From NCBI GenBank assembly GCA_965237525.1, contig CBDEFO010000006.1, forward strand, positions 413,434 through 477,433: 64,000 nucleotides of DNA. Reading direction: 5' to 3'. This DNA is from Candidatus Latescibacterota bacterium (GTDB lineage Bacteria; Latescibacterota; CBDEFO01). The notes under the pieces are model-generated. The model searched no databases. It saw nothing but the letters and a program-made list of their open reading frames with translations, and had not been told where the DNA came from. The translations under genes were made by a program, and so were the position numbers. Shown one piece after another: positions 28,634-40,225 of this stretch; the first letter of the stretch is position 1, and the number at the start of each line of letters is the position of its first letter.

Positions 28634-30161
28634 GGCTGTCATTGATGAACTCGAACGGCAGGCTGAATGGCTTCCGTCCGTCCTTGCAAAGTATGAGCCT
28701 CATCAAAAGCAGAGGCTATTTCACAGATCGACTAAGCGTAATCGTTGGTTTATCGCAGGAAATAGAGCTGGGAAGACAGAGGCTGGCGCTGTAGAGGCGG
28801 TTATGTTCGCTCTGGGAAGACATCGCTTTACTCCCCAGCGGAATATCCCAGTCCCAAATTTCGGGTGGGTGGTGTCGTCAGACTTTTCTTCGTCAAGGGA
28901 TGTCGCAGAAGGTAAGATCAGAAAATATCTTCCCGAATCTGAGATAGATGTCTGGAACAGAACCGACCGGATCGTTAAGCTCAGAAATGGGTCAGAGATA
29001 GGCTTTAAGTCGTGCGACTCCGGAAGAGACAAATTCCAGGGCGTAACAAGACACTGGATATGGTTCGATGAGGAGCCGCCGGAGGATGTCTATCGCGAGT
29101 GTTTTATGAGAACAGTTGACGTAAAGGGCGAAATCTGGGGGACTATGACACCCCTTAAAGGGTTCACATGGTTCTATAGGCACATATACAAAAATAGCTC
29201 TGACCCTGATATAGCGATATTTTCTGCGGCGCTCCACGATAATCCTTACATCCCCAAAGAGGAAATAGAACGGGTGGAACGGAACTATTCAGAAGAGGAG
29301 AAGGACATAAGGGTCAGGGGGCGCTTTGTCTCCATAAGTGGAAGATGTGTGTTCGATACCGTCCTCCTGAGGGTGTCGTTAGACGGTTGTAGGGATTGTT
29401 TGACGAGAGGCTTTCTACATATGGACACGATTTCTTCCGAAGGGTTCAGACCTCCCGATCTACCTGCGCGTTCGGACACGCGTTCTAGGCCCGTCCTGGA
29501 ACATTCCAAAGATGGGCCATTAACGATATGGGAGCCTCCGCAGAATGGCGCTCTTTACGTGATCGGCGCCGATGTATCAGAGGGACTTGAAAAGGGTGAT
29601 TACTCGTCCGCTCAAGTGGTCAGAAGAGATACGGGGGAGCAGGTGGCTGAATGGCACGGCCATACCGATCCTGATCTGTTCGGGATCGAACTTTTTAAGT
29701 TAGGGAGGTTCTACAACGATGCCTTTGTAGGTGTGGAGGCAAATGGCCACGGTTTGACTACTTTGGTTACGCTTAAGCGCTACCTTGGCTATCCCAATGT
29801 CTACTACCGCCAGACAGTGGACAGGGAAACTAAAGGCTCACCGTCAAGGTATTCCCGAAAATTAGGATGGCTGACTAACGCCAGAACTAAGCCCTTAATG
29901 ATCGACGAACTTGCGGGAGCATTAAGAGATGAGGGGGTTACCCTGAGCAGCAGCGAGACTGTGGAGGAGATGTTTACTTTTGTGAGAGATGAGACTGGCG
30001 GTATGGGTGCGCAGGAAGGATGCTACGATGATAGAGTGATCGCTCTGGCTATTGCCCTGCAGATGCTCAAGACCGCACCTGTGATGCCATCACCGCGGGT
30101 CGGCAGTACAACTGCTGGAAGACGACAAGCGTTGACCCGAAATAGGATCACAGGATACTAA
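28599..30161 (+). CDS. terL: Terminase large subunit
   Basis: PHQKQ, AGNRAGKT (Walker A), WFDEEP (Walker B), TMTPLKG, GADVSEG..GDYS, GVEANGHG, YDDRVIALA. Confidence 0.92.
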   Translation: MNSKKRYNQKVEAVIDELERQAEWLPSVLAKYEPHQKQRLFHRSTKRNRWFIAGNRAGKTEAGAVEAVMFALGRHRFTPQRNIPVPNFGWVVSSDFSSSRDVAEGKIRKYLPESEIDVWNRTDRIVKLRNGSEIGFKSCDSGRDKFQGVTRHWIWFDEEPPEDVYRECFMRTVDVKGEIWGTMTPLKGFTWFYRHIYKNSSDPDIAIFSAALHDNPYIPKEEIERVERNYSEEEKDIRVRGRFVSISGRCVFDTVLLRVSLDGCRDCLTRGFLHMDTISSEGFRPPDLPARSDTRSRPVLEHSKDGPLTIWEPPQNGALYVIGADVSEGLEKGDYSSAQVVRRDTGEQVAEWHGHTDPDLFGIELFKLGRFYNDAFVGVEANGHGLTTLVTLKRYLGYPNVYYRQTVDRETKGSPSRYSRKLGWLTNARTKPLMIDELAGALRDEGVTLSSSETVEEMFTFVRDETGGMGAQEGCYDDRVIALAIALQMLKTAPVMPSPRVGSTTAGRRQALTRNRITGY

Positions 30162-30536
30162 ACAAGTAGAGAGTAGACAGCAAACAGTAGACAGGTGATA
30201 CAACCCCCCATCCCTTGCGATTGCTTCGCTATCCCCGATTGAATCTATCGGGGGCTGACTTGGCGAACCAACCCACTATGAGTCGTTTTGAAAACTCCAT
30301 CGATTCCAAAGACCTCTGCAAAAAAATATTCTAAACCCACAAACCCCAATTGACAGAGTATCTGTCGCTCCATCAGGGGGGTGAGTATGCTGGGATTGTA
30401 GCCAGGAATTCTATGTACGTGCTGATAACGTCTGTTGCCCGTATTACCTGAAAGGGTGATCGTTATTTTATGAATGCGCCGGTTATGCGGCGATATCATT
30501 TCATTTCAACTGTATTATTCGTTCGGTTTAAAAAAA

Positions 30537-31106
30537 CTACGGGCAGTGATCTGATATATACATACCAATGGCTAAACCAATGCCTAACAAGAGCATATAC
30601 CCCAGGGAGAGATATACCGGCCATATCACGAAAGACCATAAGACTTCCTTCCCATCGGTCCTGGGATCTATCACCGACCGCTTCGGATTCTTAGGGTCAT
30701 AATAGCTCCAGAGCTCCTTGTTTGGTAGGTATTGCTGCATCTTATCCCTTTTTCTTATCTTCCTTAGCCATAAATTTCTCTCAGCCTTATCTTTTTTCAG
30801 CTTCCACCGTTCGATTGTGCTCTGATGAGGAAGCCGAAAAAAATCCTCTTGAAGGTACAAGGTCTGGCTGGATTGGTACTTGACCCCCAAGACCTCATAT
30901 TCATAAAGCACTTTGGGGATCAATACTCCATACCTATCGTCGGTTTCGGGATTCCTGTGCTCAAAATCCAGGATTTCTGATTTTAGTATAACGCCCTTCG
31001 CTTGAGGCCATCTCTTTCTAACAAAGCCTCTCAGGACCTCGCGTATACCACGAAGGATGCAGGCTGCACCGATGACAACCAGACCTATGGCCCACCACTC
31101 CATCAT
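30537..31106 (-). CDS. DUF3592-type membrane protein
   Basis: N-terminal TM, WPQAKGVILKS, YEYEVLG, YYDPKNPKRSVI, C-terminal TM. Confidence 0.7.
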   Translation of the reverse strand: MMEWWAIGLVVIGAACILRGIREVLRGFVRKRWPQAKGVILKSEILDFEHRNPETDDRYGVLIPKVLYEYEVLGVKYQSSQTLYLQEDFFRLPHQSTIERWKLKKDKAERNLWLRKIRKRDKMQQYLPNKELWSYYDPKNPKRSVIDPRTDGKEVLWSFVIWPVYLSLGYMLLLGIGLAIGMYISDHCP

Positions 31107-31558
31107 ATCACTATCTCAATTGTATTCTATTTATTCTGCAAGCAACCCAAATCCGGGTCTTGTGCTACCTATGCCCGTTTGGGATGGATTCTGTATAGTG
31201 CCTCGGTTGCCGCCCAACTAGGGCTTATACCGTTTTCTATGCTAAGAACCTATATGCAGCTATTTGAGCTATATAAGACCCCACTGAAATATTAGAGGAT
31301 GTCGCTAAATTAGTTGTGTAGTGCCCCCTTGGAAAGCGATATCGATTAAGCAACATGAGGCAGCAGACAAACTTCCTTCTGTACAAAGCTCGATCTTGAA
31401 ATACTTGTCGCTCTGTCAAGAGGAGCGGTACGAAAGACGCTTCGGAGTCCCATAATGCCAAACTTGTAATTCCCCTGAAGCAGAGTCATTACCGCTTAGT
31501 CAAATTCCTCCTCTGACTCTTGGAAATAAAACCTTGTTGATGTCCGCACACATTCAAA

Positions 31559-31667
31559 CCGTCATTCCCCATATCACATTCATGAAGGATTATATTTCGA
31601 TACAATCTTGTTAGTGAATGAATATTATCACTTCTATATTTATCAACAAGTACCTTTTTCAATCAAA
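31559..31667. repeat. ~110-bp direct repeat, copy 1 (copy 2 at 35229-35337)
   Basis: ccgtcattccccatatcacattcatga..tatcaacaa near-identical in both places. Confidence 0.85.
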
Positions 31668-32003
31668 ATAGCATATTCCTCTGAATTATCACCTTCTTTG
31701 TATGTAAATCCTCCAATTAGACGCACTTTGTCTAAAGTGAGCACTCTTGTAAATGACCAAAAAGAAAGCCCGCCAGAAATGACGGGCTTTCTTGCTTTAC
31801 AAAGCGCCGAAGGCATTTGGGTGAAAGAAGCGAACCGAAAAACACGCTTTATACGCCGTCGCCCCTCTATCACTTGAATTGGAAGCAGAACGACACGTGC
31901 ACTCTGAAGCGTGATGTTGTGCTCCTTCAACTTCTCCATAGATATGCACCTCTTTTTGCCCGACTTCGACTAAAGGTGCTGACCTGGATAACTCTACCCA
32001 AAC

Positions 32004-32933
32004 TCAGGAGTCTGATTTACCCATTCCAATGACTTCGTAAAGGGTGTGTTCGCCGCTTTTTCCCCTTAGCGTGATGGGAAAGCTTCTGTTCACCCGCACG
32101 TGCTTTTTCACCTGGATGTAAGTGGCTTCCGAGATAAGGAACTTGGCGCCCACTTCTTTATTCACGTCCTCAATACGGCTAGCGATGTTCACTGAATCGC
32201 CGACGGCCATCACCTGCTCCATATTGCGGCAACCAACGGTACCCACCACAACTTCTCCGTAATGCACCCCGATAACGATCTGGAATCTTGTTTCATAGGT
32301 AGCCTCTAGGTAGCAATTGAGCTGTTCCACTTCCACAAACATCTCGAGACCTGCTTCGACAGCTCGTAACGCTGCTCCGGAGGGCTCCTCCATCCCAAAC
32401 AGAGCCATCAGCCCATCTCCCCTGTAGTCTCCGATGTAACCGCCGTGGCGATTTATCACCTGACCCATTCGAAGGAAGTATTTGTTCATCACATGGATGA
32501 CATCGTATGGAGGTAGGGCTTCAGCAAAAGCGGTGGACCCACGGATATCTGCAAATAGGATGGCAACCTGTTTCTCTTCGCCTATATACCCGGGTGTCGC
32601 ATTAGCTCCTAATTGGCTCGTCAGTTCTGCATCCTCTTCATCTAGCACCAATCGTCGCAGTTTCACGTTTCCGGTAACTGTGGTCTGGCAAGCCAGCCGA
32701 ATTGTCGGACCAAAGCGCAATCCCTCAGAAAGAGCTTGCTCTTTAGCATTTCGGGGAGAACAGAATTCGAGGCCCTCCAGAATCATCACACGACATGTGG
32801 AGCACCGGGAATTCCCACCGCAGGCATGCGTATGAGGAATATCAACTTGCAATGATGTCTGGAGAATGGTTGTCTCTGTATCCGTCTCTACTTCCCTCTC
32901 ATCGGACAGATAATAAATGTGCGGCATATCCAT
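32004..32933 (-). CDS. 2Fe-2S ferredoxin-fused class III adenylate/guanylate cyclase
   Basis: CGGNSRCSTC..RLACQ; FADIRGST, GDG, GVHYG, GDSVNIASRIE. Confidence 0.88.
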   Translation of the reverse strand: MDMPHIYYLSDEREVETDTETTILQTSLQVDIPHTHACGGNSRCSTCRVMILEGLEFCSPRNAKEQALSEGLRFGPTIRLACQTTVTGNVKLRRLVLDEEDAELTSQLGANATPGYIGEEKQVAILFADIRGSTAFAEALPPYDVIHVMNKYFLRMGQVINRHGGYIGDYRGDGLMALFGMEEPSGAALRAVEAGLEMFVEVEQLNCYLEATYETRFQIVIGVHYGEVVVGTVGCRNMEQVMAVGDSVNIASRIEDVNKEVGAKFLISEATYIQVKKHVRVNRSFPITLRGKSGEHTLYEVIGMGKSDS

Positions 32934-33101
32934 CTCCCATAGTATACAAAGGTGATTTAGATTGTCTCACCTGGCAGGCACTTTCGGCCAACTCCTCGGC
33001 ATAGCTGAAGTTCGCCGAAGGCATTTGGGTGAAAGAAGCGAACCGAAAAACATGCTTTATGCGTTGTTGCTCCTCTGTCACTTGAAATAGATGACTTTTT
33101 G

Positions 33102-34865
33102 CTAAGGCTCTTCATACAGGCGTTCGCCGCGGTAGAGCCGGAGGGCAATCTGATACGTCTGCCCTTGCGCCCGAACCGTCGGAGCATGGGCTGCCAGATA
33201 CCGCGCTGCAGCCAACAGTACGTGCGCCTCAGCTGGCGTCCCGCGCAGCAGCCCGTATTGACGGAAGGACGCTTCGACCATCTGAATCGTGTGAAAGTCG
33301 CGATCCTCGCGCAGCAGCAATCTTCCCAGCACGGCCAACAGCCGATCCGGGCTGCCGCCACTGTACAGATAGCGTGCGACCAATTCGCCTGCCTTGTTCA
33401 CTTGCTGCTGCTGGTCCAACAGCGCTGAGAGTTGATCCAGAAGCGCTTCAGGATTCTTGACTGTGTCATCTGGCCCGGGCAGGGGAACCGCGGGCACGTT
33501 CAAAAAGCGGTCGAGGTATATACTCATCGCCACGTCGAAGACGCCTCGCAGCAGCTCCGGCGACGCTATCCGCCTCAGCCCCTGGTGCACGGCGTTGGCA
33601 AACGTAAAGGTGTGCAGTGCCGTGTCCCAGTCTGCGAACTCGTTGCTGATATGGAAGCGGGCAATGCGCAGCGCTGCAGCGTAAGCCACCGCACTTGCCA
33701 ATTCCTCTTCGCTACCGCCCTCCCGCAACGCCTCTAACAGTGCGTCGGCAATGGCCTGCGGGTCCTCACCCAAGAGCACTGGCACCAGTGTGTATCGCGA
33801 CCCGTCCATGTCCCGCGCTGACCCTGGCCCGTCTCCAGCGCGGCTGGCAGCGCCTCGAAGGCGCGCTCCAGGATTATAATCAGATCCACCGGGTTGCGCC
33901 AAGTGTTGGATTCCTCCATCCGATCGGCGTTGGCATAGCTGGAGACCAAGCTGGTCAGTACCGGTTCTGCGTACTCCCACCCCGCTGTATCGAGTGCCTC
34001 CAGCGCCTTGTTGGTAAAGTCAGCAACATGGCCGATGTCGATATAGCGGTGGTCGGTAGCGGCGGCAAAGAGCATATCGGCCATCTGCCGATGGTCGGCG
34101 CCGGCTCGCACGGCCGATACAATACAACGCTCGGCACCCTCAGAGTCACGCACTTCGACGAACTGGCGGAACCAGCGCTTGAGCGTATCCAGGTCCGTCG
34201 CGAGGGTCGGGAGCGGGTGAATCTCGAAGCGCGGCGGCATGCCAGCACACTCCCCAGCAACGGCCGCCAGACCGTGGTAGAGGGCGCGCGGTCGGTCTTC
34301 AGCATCCAGATGTGGCAGCAGGTTCATCATGCAGGTGTGCATGGTCAGACCTTGCCCCCAGCCGGACTGCCGATAACGCGCCCCGAAGTCGAGCCCAATG
34401 CGAAATGGCTCAGCCGGTTCTCCGTCATCATCTAACAAGGTGATGATGGCCTTCCCAATGACCAGTGAGATGGCTCGCTCCAGCCCATCCTGCAGACGCA
34501 GACGCTGACGAGCGCGCGGGTCTACGCGCAGCGCCAGGTCCACCCACACCTCACCGTCGCGGATTTGCACAGGGAAGCTGCGCACATCGTCGGCCCACTG
34601 GTCGAACGTTCCACCGCTGGCCAGGTCAAAGCGCGCGTGGTGCCAATGACAGGTCAGAATACCGTTTTTGACAGTGCCGCGGTCGAGAGGGAAGCCCATG
34701 TGCGGGCAGCGGTCGTCCACAGCATAGATCTTGTCCCCCTGGGCGAACAGCGCCAGCGTGTGCCCATCGACCTGGACGTGCACAGCCGGTAGCTTGCACC
34801 TCAGCCAGACGGGCGGCACGCACGTAGTTTTCGGCGCTCGTTGACATCTTGAACTTTTTACTCAT
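33102..34865 (-). pseudogene. Rieske 2Fe-2S + helical (questin-oxidase-like) protein, two frameshifts
   Basis: CPHMGFPL..CHWHHARFDL; homologous text continues across three frames, with shifts near 34790 and 33790. Confidence 0.75.
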
Positions 34866-35370
34866 ATTGCATCACCCTCCTGTAAGATAGCGTATAACGA
34901 TCTTTATTCTGGATTTTGGGACCAAAATTCCAAAAAATTGCCATCCAGATCATAGAAGTAATATGCAGTGGATGTGCTCCTTCATATCAGTACCTCATCT
35001 CAGGGTGAATGCCTTTTTATTCTTTATTTTCTGACATATAGCTCAGATAATACAGTAGTTCACATCTTTGTGTGCCATTCGCATGTTTCCAAATCTCAAC
35101 CGCTATATCAGCCAACGTCAGAGTATGCACATCATCAACACCCCCTGCCACCAGTTTCAATAGAGCGTACTCGAAATCTTCCTCATTAACAGACTGGGCA
35201 TAGATGCTTTCATCAAACTCGATATTAGCCGTCATTCCCCATATCACATTCATGAGGGATTATATTTCGATACAATCTTGTTAGTGAATTAATATTATCA
35301 CTTCTATATTTATCAACAACTACTTTTTTAAATCAAACCCAGCTATCCAGTCCCTTTGCTCTACAAAACT

Positions 35371-36339
35371 TTAGCGCCCCTGTTGCTGAGAGATTTCATC
35401 GCGCAGGTGTGCAAGGCTTTTCTGGACTTCCTCCGGATTCCCACCTATCTGTTTAAGCCATTCTTGCGTCTCTTTTTCCTTCAGAGTCCTCTCGGCTTGT
35501 TCTAACGCTTCCGACGCCTTGTCAAGTTTTATGCCGAACTTGAGACGCCATTTGACAGCATCAGTGTAAGCCACTCCGGACCACTGCTTTGCGCTTCGAC
35601 TATAGGTCAGATGCGCTTGTAGGTAGCGGTCTATTAGTTCATCGAGGTACTCGTCATCCGCCAACCCACTTTCCTGCTCTGCTAATTTCAGCATTTTTGT
35701 ATGCGCCTCGGCATACCATAGCGAAAGTTCAGGGAAATCCTCAGCCGTAGATTCATCAATTATGCGCCGGTAATAGTCCCATTTTTCACGCGGCTTATCG
35801 CTCTTCTCTGCTAAACCCAACAATGCTGAAAGCCAGGCCTCAGTTTTGGGATATTGCAGCATCCTGGTAAATAGATCTTCCGGGACATTATCGGTGCGCC
35901 CATACCCGGGAAGAAACATATAGCCCCAATAGGCTGTATCCAACGCCTTTGGTGTTTCTTTGTGCGATTCGAGGAACGCTTCGATTTTACTACTTATTTG
36001 TTGGCGCAATTCAGGTGGAGCCAAGATTGTTATTTTTTGGCGCGCTCCAGGTGGAGGCACAATTTCTACGCGAGTCCCCCATAGTTCGGCGAGAGTTGCC
36101 CAGCGTATCGTGTAGGCATCATAGGCATCTCGGTCGGCTTCTATCGCACGAGTGCAGGCCGCCAAAGCCTCCTTATATTCTTTCCTCTGCACATGCGCCC
36201 TGGCTTCGGAAATCGCTTTTGCAGCGTCTTCCTGACGCTTTGACTCCGTAGCACCCTGTTCTTTTTCTCCTCCGCAGCTTGCCAAGGATAGAGAGATCAC
36301 AATCACGCAAGCTGAGGTTATGAAAGAGACTTTGTTCAT
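35371..36339 (-). CDS. TPR-like lipoprotein
   Basis: Lipobox LASC; YKEALAACTRAIEAD helical repeats. Confidence 0.65.
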   Translation of the reverse strand: MNKVSFITSACVIVISLSLASCGGEKEQGATESKRQEDAAKAISEARAHVQRKEYKEALAACTRAIEADRDAYDAYTIRWATLAELWGTRVEIVPPPGARQKITILAPPELRQQISSKIEAFLESHKETPKALDTAYWGYMFLPGYGRTDNVPEDLFTRMLQYPKTEAWLSALLGLAEKSDKPREKWDYYRRIIDESTAEDFPELSLWYAEAHTKMLKLAEQESGLADDEYLDELIDRYLQAHLTYSRSAKQWSGVAYTDAVKWRLKFGIKLDKASEALEQAERTLKEKETQEWLKQIGGNPEEVQKSLAHLRDEISQQQGR

Positions 36340-36629
36340 GTCTTACCCTCCTTAGTTTAAGGCCCTTAAGGCTTTCTAAGCCCATCAGGCTTTCTAAGCC
36401 CGTAAGGCATTGTAAATCATTATGATATACACAGAATGATATAAACAATCATCAGGAAGATAATACGAACATCAAATTGATAAGTCAAGGACTATTTCAA
36501 GCAACTATTGTTATTCGGAAAGGTTGCATTTAGCGAATTAGTCGGACATTCGGCAAACCTGAAGCCTCCTAATAGGCTATCGAAAGTAAATGTAGAGAGA
36601 GGATCATGCCGCCCTTGGAGCGAGTGGAC

Positions 36630-36750
36630 CGTCGCCGACTGAATCTATCGGGGATCAACCTTTCGGGGGCAGGTAGTAGGGTTTCATGGCATCCCTGGAT
36701 TCCCGTTTCCACGGGAATGACATTCATTTCGGGGGCAAGCCTGGCCCCTA
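36630..36750. repeat. Composite repeat with dRS3-like ATTCCC-N8-GGGAAT core (second copy at 40080-40200)
   Basis: ccgactgaatctatcggggatcaa...catggcatccctggattcccgtttccacgggaatgacattcatttcggg in both. Confidence 0.8.
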
Positions 36751-36783
36751 CGATTCCTTACCGAACGCACTCGCTATTTTTTT

Positions 36784-36857
36784 TCTCCAAACAGGAAGAT
36801 TGCGGAAGATAACGCATCCTGCGGCTTGACTAATTGCGGAGTTTGGGTTATATTTAC
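36784..36857 (+). promoter_or_regulatory. Promoter motif copy 2, upstream of portal
   Basis: GCGGAAGATAACGCATCCTGCGGC-TTGACT(36826)-17-TATATT(36849). Confidence 0.7.
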
Positions 36858-36935
36858 TCTCGATGAACAAATGAACAGTAAACAAGCGAGTAGTAGATAG
36901 AAAATCCTCTATAATCATCTTCACAGGGAAAGGCT

Positions 36936-38798
36936 ATGGGACAAATCAAACTGACGGAGACTATGGAAGAGGCGATCGTCCAAAGGGTCCTGGACGACTA
37001 CAACCGCGATACGCAAAACAGGGACGAATGGCTCCACAAGAGGGCGGACTACAGAAAGCAGTACAGGGGTGCAACCGAGCCGAAGTCGTGGCCGTGGGAG
37101 AACGCCTCCAATCTCCACGTCCCTGTGACGGGTACGGTTGTAGATACGCTTGCGCCCAAGTTGATGAAGGCTCTTTTTGACTCCTCGCCTATTGCTAATG
37201 TCAGGGCGATAGAAAAGGGCGATGTCGAACGGGCAAGGATCCTTGAGCAGTTTCTGCACTGGGAATTGAACAATCACATGAAGGTCTACTGGACTTTCTA
37301 CGACATCGTTACGCTGACCCTGATTGACGGCACTGCTTGTGGTAAGCTTACGTGGGAGAGGGTGACGCGGACTGTAAGGGAAGATGGATCAGGGCATACA
37401 CATGGGCCTGCCCCTACAGCCACAGCGAAAGGGAATAAGCGGGAGATCGTGGTATATGAGGGGCCGAGGTTCGAGGTGGTGGATACAGCCGATCTTATAA
37501 TCCCGTCTAATGCTAAAGATCTGCAAAGCTGCGATCACCTTATCCACAGGTGCTGGGTCAGATTCGATGACCTCAAAAAGAGAGCAGCCGAGGGTATATA
37601 CCAAAATGTGGATGAGGATCTCAAGATCTTTGCAGACGACAATAGCAGGTCTGATCCTCAAGATGCTATCAGAGTGGTAGAGGATGATCTGGAAGGGGTT
37701 ACAACCACTGGATCGGATGAGGCAAATGAAATAGAGATATTGGAGTGGTACGGAAGATACGATGTTGATGAAGACGGCTTCGAGGAGGAATGTGTCTTTA
37801 CGGTGGCAAAGGAGGCAAGAAGGCTATTAAGGGCTGTCTTTCTGGACGATCTCTTTCAACACGGGAAACGGCCATTTATAGACTTCCACTTTGTCCGGGT
37901 CCCCGCAAGGTTCTACTCCATCGGGATACCAGAAAGGATAAGGGACCTCCAGGAGGAGATAAATGCCCTACACAATCAAAGGATAGATTCCGGGACGGTT
38001 ACGAATATCCCCTATTTCTTCTACGAGCCGACCTCGACCGGACTCCCCGAGACACTTAACCTCGAACCGGGAAGGGGATACGCTGTCTCTGACGTAAACG
38101 GGATTCTCTTCCCGAAGCATCCCGATGTGACGTCCTTCTACTTTAAGGAGGAGCATCTAGTACTGGCTTACATCGAGCGCATCCTCGGCATTTCTGACTT
38201 TCTGGTGGAAAGGTTTCCCGACACACCTAATGCCCCAAGGACGGCTACAGGGACAATGGCGGTTATCTAGGAGGCAAATGCCAGAATAGATCTAATCATC
38301 AAGGGAATACAGGAGTCATTCAGGGAGTTCTTGGAGCAGGTCGTGCAGATCAATCAGCAGTACATAGCTCCAGAGACTGTAATTCGTGTTACAGGAAAAG
38401 ACGGGAAGGATGTATTTGAGGAGATCCCAAGGGAATCTATCCAGGGAAAATTCAACTATATACTCTCTGGCAATACTCAAAGTATCAATAAACAGGCCCA
38501 AAGGCAGACCTCTGTCTTTCTGTACGACCGCCTGATCAATAATTCTCTGATTAAGGGCGATCCGTCCAGGGTCTTTGAGGTCACAAGGAGACTCCTTTTG
38601 GCACACGACGAAAAGGATATCGCGGGGATTATAGGTCAAAGACCCAAGGAGACGCTTCGAGATCAACGCTCGACACAAAATGGTCGTAAACGGAGTCGCA
38701 ATAGAAAAACCGCACAACGTGACGGAAAAGCGTCAACGCTCGGCCTGACGTCTTATCTTGAGTCTCTACAGGGATCTTATGATGAAAAGATCGAGTGA
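36936..38798 (+). pseudogene. Podovirus-type portal protein with in-frame TAG at 38268-38270
   Basis: PWENASNLHVP, GTACGK, FYSIGIPE..LQEEINALHNQRIDSG, RTATG; frame continues through the TAG (I*EANARIDL) into ORF 38331-38798. Confidence 0.85.
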
Positions 38799-39042
38799 GG
38801 AAAAGACCAGGCGTATAGAGGACACTGAGGTCATAGAGGAACTCATGCGCCACCCCGGATGGGAGGTACTATCCAAAAGGATTGAGGCTTACAGGGAAAT
38901 GGAGACGAACAAGGTCATAAGTAGCCATTCGTGGGAAGAGGTGCTCTATCATAAGGGGAAACTCCACGCGGCTTTAGAGATTATGAGTATCCCCAAACAG
39001 GTGATAAAGGAGGGAAAACTCGATGATGTCTCCACAGACTGA
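38779..39042 (+). CDS. Small conserved phage protein downstream of portal
   Basis: ELMRHPGWEVL...YHKGKLHAALEIMSIP. Confidence 0.6.
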   Translation: MMKRSSEEKTRRIEDTEVIEELMRHPGWEVLSKRIEAYREMETNKVISSHSWEEVLYHKGKLHAALEIMSIPKQVIKEGKLDDVSTD

Positions 39043-39283
39043 TACCAAAAAGGCTAAGCTTGCCGACCTTTTGATCCCTTCGATCAAAAAGACTGTGTCG
39101 GACAAATTAGAGGCGTATATCAAATGTGATCTTTTGATGAGCATGAAGGCTGTAGGCGTGTTCGAGGAGATTATCGAGGGCGCAGTCTCTGTGGCCCTCC
39201 AAACGGTGTGCAGCTCTATGAAGATAGAGTCGAATGAGGACGAGAAGGCTATAACTATCATAATTACGCTAACGAAAAGATAA
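39023..39283 (+). CDS. Hypothetical phage protein
   Basis: RBS GGAGG; overlapping operon arrangement. Confidence 0.5.
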   Translation: MMSPQTDTKKAKLADLLIPSIKKTVSDKLEAYIKCDLLMSMKAVGVFEEIIEGAVSVALQTVCSSMKIESNEDEKAITIIITLTKR

Positions 39284-39297
39284 ACAAGGAGGATGCG

Positions 39298-40046
39298 ATG
39301 TCTCGACAGACTGAATCTCTACAGGATAAATCTCTACAGACTGAATCTCTACAGACTGAGTCTTTGCAGACCAAGGATGATGACACAAAAGATCAGGTGC
39401 AAGTCCGTGATGAACAAGAGGATACAGGCGACGATTCTCATCTGTCGCGGGAGGATCTCCAAGAGGTCGTTGAATCGTACTTTCACGATCAGAATATTCT
39501 GGAATATTCTGTCGAACCTGATGACGCACGTCGGTCTGAAAGGTCTCCGATAGATTCAATCGGGGATCAACTCCCTCAGGGAAAAGGTAAAGAACTCTTC
39601 AAAGAAGAAAGCCAAAAAGCGAAGCCCGTAAAGCTCGAATCTCCTTCTCAACGCTACGAGGACTTCAACGAGATGATACCACAGATGATAGAGGTGACTC
39701 AAAGGACGCCTGCTTTGCAACAGTTAAGCCAGATCGATCTGACATCTGCTCTGGATATTGCCTATCGGTTAGCCAGGGCGTCCAGGACAAGTAGACAGCA
39801 AACAGTAGACAGGGAAAGGAAAAAGAAGCAAGGAAAGAGCAGACAGTGGATGATGCGATGGCGGAAAGTGAGACGTCCATTGAATACTCTATGCCCTTTG
39901 TCGAGAGCCCCTCTTCACCGAAAGAAGAAAAAGAAAGTGTAGGAGCTATCGGGAGGTCGATAGCAAAAAAGTTAGGACTCTCCGAAAAGGATTTGGTTGA
40001 CGGTGCGTCCGAAATGAGAAGAGAAGGATTTAGAGGCAGCAGATAG
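39298..40046 (+). pseudogene. Scaffolding-like acidic protein, frameshifted near 39800-39850
   Basis: Acidic; LDIAYRLARA, then the frame moves to FVESPSS...IAKKLGLSEKD; heptamer repeat at the break. Confidence 0.55.
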
Positions 40047-40225
40047 TGGACAGATGAGATTGCTTCGGGGTGAACCCTCCCCGATTGAATCCATCGGGGA
40101 TCAATCATTCGAGGGCAGGCAATAGGGTTTCATGGCATCCCTGGATTCCCGTTTCCACGGGAATGACATTCATTTCGGGAACAGGCCCACGTGTTCGCTC
40201 AATAGACAGTAGATAGGAAACGATA

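Noticed and set aside
30200..36780. Integron cassette array
   Set aside because: No intI and no convincing attC (RYYYAAC..GTTRRRY) sites between the genes.
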